Shown here piece after piece: positions 59,767 to 64,000 of a stretch of 64,000 nt of DNA. Under the pieces are notes generated by a model. It was not told where the DNA came from, did not search any database, and was given only the letters and a program-made list of their open reading frames with translations. Made by a program: the position numbers and the translations under genes. The stretch is from the human T2T-CHM13v2.0 reference genome, Homo sapiens, in NCBI RefSeq assembly GCF_009914755.1, contig NC_060932.1; one strand, 5' to 3'. The first letter of the stretch is position 1, and every line of letters begins with the position of its first letter.

Positions 59767-60144
59767 GTTATAGATATAGAAGATGGAATAGTACTCAGTC
59801 ATAAAAAGAAAAGAATTAATAGCATTTGCAGCAACCTGGATGGAACTGCAGACTATTATTCTAAATAAGGTAACTCGGGAATGGAAAACCAAACATCGTA
59901 TGCTCTCACTCATAAGTGGGAGCTAAGCTATGAGGATGCAAAATATAAGAAGATACGTGGGAAGGGAGTGAAGGATAAAAGACTACAAATTGGGTTCAGT
60001 GTATACTGCTCCAGTGATGAGTGCACCAAAATCTCACAAATCACCACTAAAGAACTTACTCATGTAACCAAATACCACCTGTCCCCCAAAAACTGAAAAA
60101 AATTTTATAGAAGATATAGAAGCCAAGAAAAAAAAGAAAAAGGA
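57452..60144 (+). mobile_element. L1PB1-like, 5'-truncated with 5' inversion
   Basis: 57452-58330 antisense ORF2 RT region; 58331-60144 sense ORF2 C-terminus, 3'UTR and A tail. 18-bp direct repeat AAGAAAACATCTTATTGA (57434-57451, 60145-60162). Confidence 0.93.
59697..59766. repeat. (GATA)n tetranucleotide STR
   Basis: (GATA)3 AACA GATC GATA GAT (GATA)10 GAT. Confidence 0.95.
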
Positions 60145-60176
60145 AAGAAAACATCTTATTGAGCAAGCATCATTTA

Positions 60177-61510
60177 CAACAGCTCCCCCTTATCTTTGTG
60201 GAATACGGCTGAAGGTCCCCCAATGGATGTCTGAAACCACAGAGTACCGAATCCTATATGTGTAATGTTTTTTTTCCCCTATATATGCCTATGATAATGT
60301 TTAATATACAAGTTAGGCATAGTAAGAGATTAACACCAATAACTAATTATAAACTAGATCAATTATAACAATATACTATTATAAAAGCTTTGTTAATGCG
60401 GTCTTTCTCTTTGTCTCTCTCCTCTCTCTCTCAAAACATTTTACTGTATTCTACTGTTCTTGTGAGGATGTGAGATGATAAAATGCCTCTGTGCTAAGAT
60501 GAAGTGAGGTGAATGACAGAAACATTTTGTCATAGTCTTAGGCTACTACTGTCCTGATAATATGTCAGAAGGAGGATTATCTGTTTTTGGTAATCCTTTA
60601 TCATCAAGCCAAAATGATATCTGTCGTTGGATGTGAGAAACAGACTGTGTTGATGACTAACAGCTAACAGGCAGGTAGCAGACACAGTGTGGATACACTG
60701 GACAAAGGGATGATTCATGTCCTGTGTGGTGTTGGGGTGATCAGACCCAACGCCAGGCTGTGGGGCTACGAAGTCTGGCGGAGTCAAAGGAATGAGAAAA
60801 GACAAGTTAAGAGTGCATAAGTTGGGTTCAGGGGGCCAACGCTGGTATGGAGGCTGCGAAGGCCCCGAGCTCTGGGAGCCCACACTATTTATTGGTGATC
60901 AAACAACCAAGCAGGTGGTGAGAACGTGCAGATGTGGGGGTAAACAGGTGAGGACCTGAGGACGTGGGGGTAGAAAGGTAGTGGTGCATCAAGCATAGCT
61001 GTGACAGTTTAGCATTTTCTTTGACGCATATAGAATATGTTCTGCTGCTTGAGATAATGGAGAACATGTTTACGAGCCTGGGAGAGCAACCAACAAGTCT
61101 GTGCACATTGCAGAGGCTATGAGGGGTTTTATGCCCTGAGCCCGGGATTCCATCCAAGCCACGAGGGGTCTTATGCCCTGGGCTTAGATTTGTGGTGTGG
61201 CAGGGCAGCCTTCCACCCTTTGGCACAGAGCTTGGTGTTCCAAAGGCCACGAGGGGTTTTAGACCCTGGAACCCAGACATCTTCCAAGACTCTTTTATAT
61301 TATGACAGACAAGCCAGTCCTGCCTCAGTTCTTCTACCAACATGTGGAAAGCAAGACAGTGCAAGATTTCATCATATTACTCACAAGACTGTTCAATTTA
61401 AAACTTATAACTTTTTATTTCTGGAATTTTCCATTTAAGATTTTCAGACTCAGTTTGACTGCAGGTAACTGAAACTGAAAAGTGAAGCAGCCAGTTAGAA
61501 GGGACTTCTG
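60177..61510. mobile_element. MER44 (Tigger7-derived) DNA transposon, interrupted by an LTR
   Basis: TA flanks; CAACAGCTCCCCCTTATC...AGGGACTTCTG degenerate TIRs; TTAGGCATAGTAAGAGATTAAC. Confidence 0.8.
60730..61342 (-). mobile_element. LTR14B-like solo LTR of HERV-K(HML-1)
   Basis: Minus strand ends AATAAATAGTGTGGGCTCCCAGAGCTCGGGGCC...GGGTCTGATCACCCCAACA, as recalled for the LTR14 family. 613 bp; TSD TGTGG (60725-60729, 61343-61347). Confidence 0.85.
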
Positions 61511-61999
61511 TAATGAAATATCATCACTTCTCCACTGCACTGCAATGCCACCTTTGTAATATCAGGTGAACAAATAGGTGTTAAGAAATATATAAATATG
61601 GATAGAGCTGAGTGCATTTCTGATCAGATCCTATCAATTAAAGGAATATTTTAAAGTTTTATTGGATCAACTAAGCTGTGAGATCAGGAATGGTAAAAGA
61701 TGTATACAGATAAGTAGGACCGAGAAAGCAGGACACAATTATTTTCTTTAGAAATTGCTTCTTTTCTTGGGTTTTTAAATGGAATGCCTGGGCAAATGCA
61801 TGCTACCATTATTCATTGAATCTACAGTTTATATTTTATCTAATTTATTATTTCTCAAATTAGCTGCACTATACAATCAATGACATCTTACAAGTAAATA
61901 GTATTATTTTTCTTACTTATAGGTATATGAAATAGTGGTGTAGCTTAAAATTGGTAGTGTCAAAAATTTGATGATGCACAGTATGCAATTCTATCTCTC

Positions 62000-62420
62000 T
62001 GGCCAGAGATTACTAACTTGTACACATGACCCAAGACCATTTAGAAACCAAAGATTGTCTCTCTCCAGAATGTGTACTAACTCACACAACACATTAGTAA
62101 GTTGTGTTGTGCAATATTAGGTCGTCTCAGGAATAACATCAGCATCAAGCCATGCAAATGAGCTATTTGAGAGAATGAGACAGAAAACCGTAAGAGAATG
62201 TCAGAGATAAGAAACCATGAGGCCCCTAAGAGAATAATAGAGTGCAGCTTTTCTTTTTTTCTTAGAGTCTACTTGGCTCTGGTTCTCATGAGGCATGCAT
62301 CTATTTTAGTACTTATATTCATAATATTACCTTCCATATTGTAGAAGAAAGTCTATACACTCAAGTTAGCTTGAATAGGTTTCTCTTTTTTATAATTTCA
62401 GGGGCACTGACTAACACAAA
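62000..62420 (+). mobile_element. Old MLT1 LTR
   Basis: CACATGACCCAAGAC...TCAAGTTAGCTTGAATAGGTTTCT...CTGACTAACACA. Confidence 0.5.
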
Positions 62421-62999
62421 GTATACTCGTATTTCCAATTTCAATAGGTCTTATATTTAAGTAGGACAAAGGTATAAATTACTTTTAAGCATAATAAGAA
62501 CATCATCTATGTCATTGCACAGTATTTTTTTCAATCTTTTGCTTACAAAATTAGTGTGGAAGATTCAAATATCAGTATATATTAATGTGTTACACTTTGT
62601 ATTTACTTTACTGTACTTAAAGGGACAACTACATAAGTCAGGTTGTCTGTAATATATAGTGTTTATTTGCTTTTCCATTTGGCAAAATAAATTTTCAACT
62701 TTCAAATTTGTTATTGAATATATTTCATTAAATATCATAGTTTTTAAAATATTCTTGGGCTATATATAATCAATGATTCTGTCTTATGAATAAGACAACT
62801 TATCTAATATATAATACTGAATAAAATACTGAGGGATAGCTTTCTTAGACCATGTATTATTTACAAATGAACCAGATATAAAATGATAAAAGACTTCCCA
62901 GGGCACAAAAATTTCTCTAAAGAAAATGCAAGTTGATATGATTAAATGAACATATCACATTAGCATACATTATAGTTGATTTACTCTTTGATATTTTCA

Positions 63000-63710
63000 A
63001 CCCAGATTAGCCTCAGGGCCATATATTCAACCACGTGGGTATTATTTATTTGAATGACATACTTTCCCCCAGTTGTACAGTCAGAAATTGAACATTAGCC
63101 CCAGGTTCCCTTGTAACTTTCACACTACTCACAAATTCCTATACAGTCTATCTCATACATATGTTTCTAATTCAACTATTTTACTCAACTCCAACTTTTA
63201 TTTCATCAGAGAAACAATATTTATTTTTAGTCCTACAATCTCAAAGATATTATCAAAGATATTTGAACTATGCATTGCCAGAAAAATCCTTAAAAATTAT
63301 AGATTGTACCCTGCCACTCTACTCCTTAAGACATTTTAATGGGACTCTCATTTTAATGAGGATAAAAATCTACAATATCTATCATGGCTTATAAAGCATT
63401 ATGTGATCTTCACTCTGTTTACTGCTAATGATTATGTATTGTTATGCCCCTCGTTTTTTTTTTGCTTTTTAATACATATGTTGCTTCCTCAAGGCTTCTT
63501 GCTTGGCTCCACCATTCTGGGTTTGCCACTCTCCTGTGTGTTCCATGACACATTGTATCCCCTAACTCCTTTGCTGTGTTGCACTTCTCTGCATCTTTAC
63601 ACTTGAAACTCTGTATACTTTATTAAACACTACATTTTTATCACCTCTTGTATTGCCTGAAACCATAGAAGCATTAATTAAAGTTGCTTGAGTACATTAG
63701 TAAATAACTA
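63000..63710 (+). mobile_element. L2
   Basis: Pyrimidine-rich L2 motifs (CTACTCCTTAAGAC, TGTGATCT, GCTTCCTCAAGGC). Confidence 0.5.
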
Positions 63711-64000
63711 TCTCCTTTGCTTTAAAAAGATCTATTTTGACTTAGGAAGACATATGTCTGATACAATAAATATTCAGAGAAATAAATTTGCTTCAGGGAA
63801 TATTTATAAGGTACTTAATGTAACTACTACTTAGAAGCTTGTGTTCCTTTTAAATTGTCTGTTTTTTCATACTGAGAGGTAATATTTTATAATAAAGCCT
63901 ACTCAAACATTGCATTGAATTGACTTGTGATCTTACCTTAGTTTTCAACACCTTTTTAAAAATTAGCTTGGTGTAGGAGATTATGCCAAATCAGAGTGAG

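Noticed and set aside
60530-61364. 117-aa and 159-aa ORFs
   Set aside because: Chance frames through LTR14/MER44 sequence.

Overview
AT-rich, repeat-dense primate (human-like) genomic DNA: Alu J/S/Y, L1PA/L1PB/L1M, L2/MIR, MaLR, ERVL/ERV1/ERVK LTRs and MER DNA transposons. I found no intact protein-coding gene, RNA gene or CRISPR array. Main elements: a full-length but disabled L1PA2/3 (13144-19139, minus), a twin-primed 5'-inverted L1PB (57452-60144), an HML-1 LTR14-family solo LTR nested in a MER44 element, and a 5'-truncated FLOT1 retrocopy (544-921, minus). The most unusual structure is in the first 6.5 kb. There, one old L1 carries a 334-bp inverted copy (about 97% identity) of its L1/THE1 junction, a 63-bp direct copy of its L1/MLT2A junction, an internal deletion of about 3 kb, a 14-bp tandem duplication and the TSD-less retrocopy, and a neighbouring LTR carries a fold-back scar. 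This suggests locally templated break repair. I see no convincing new gene system; the candidate novelties are structural and regulatory. Repeat subfamily names are from recalled consensus sequences, not a database search, and boundaries of old elements are approximate.
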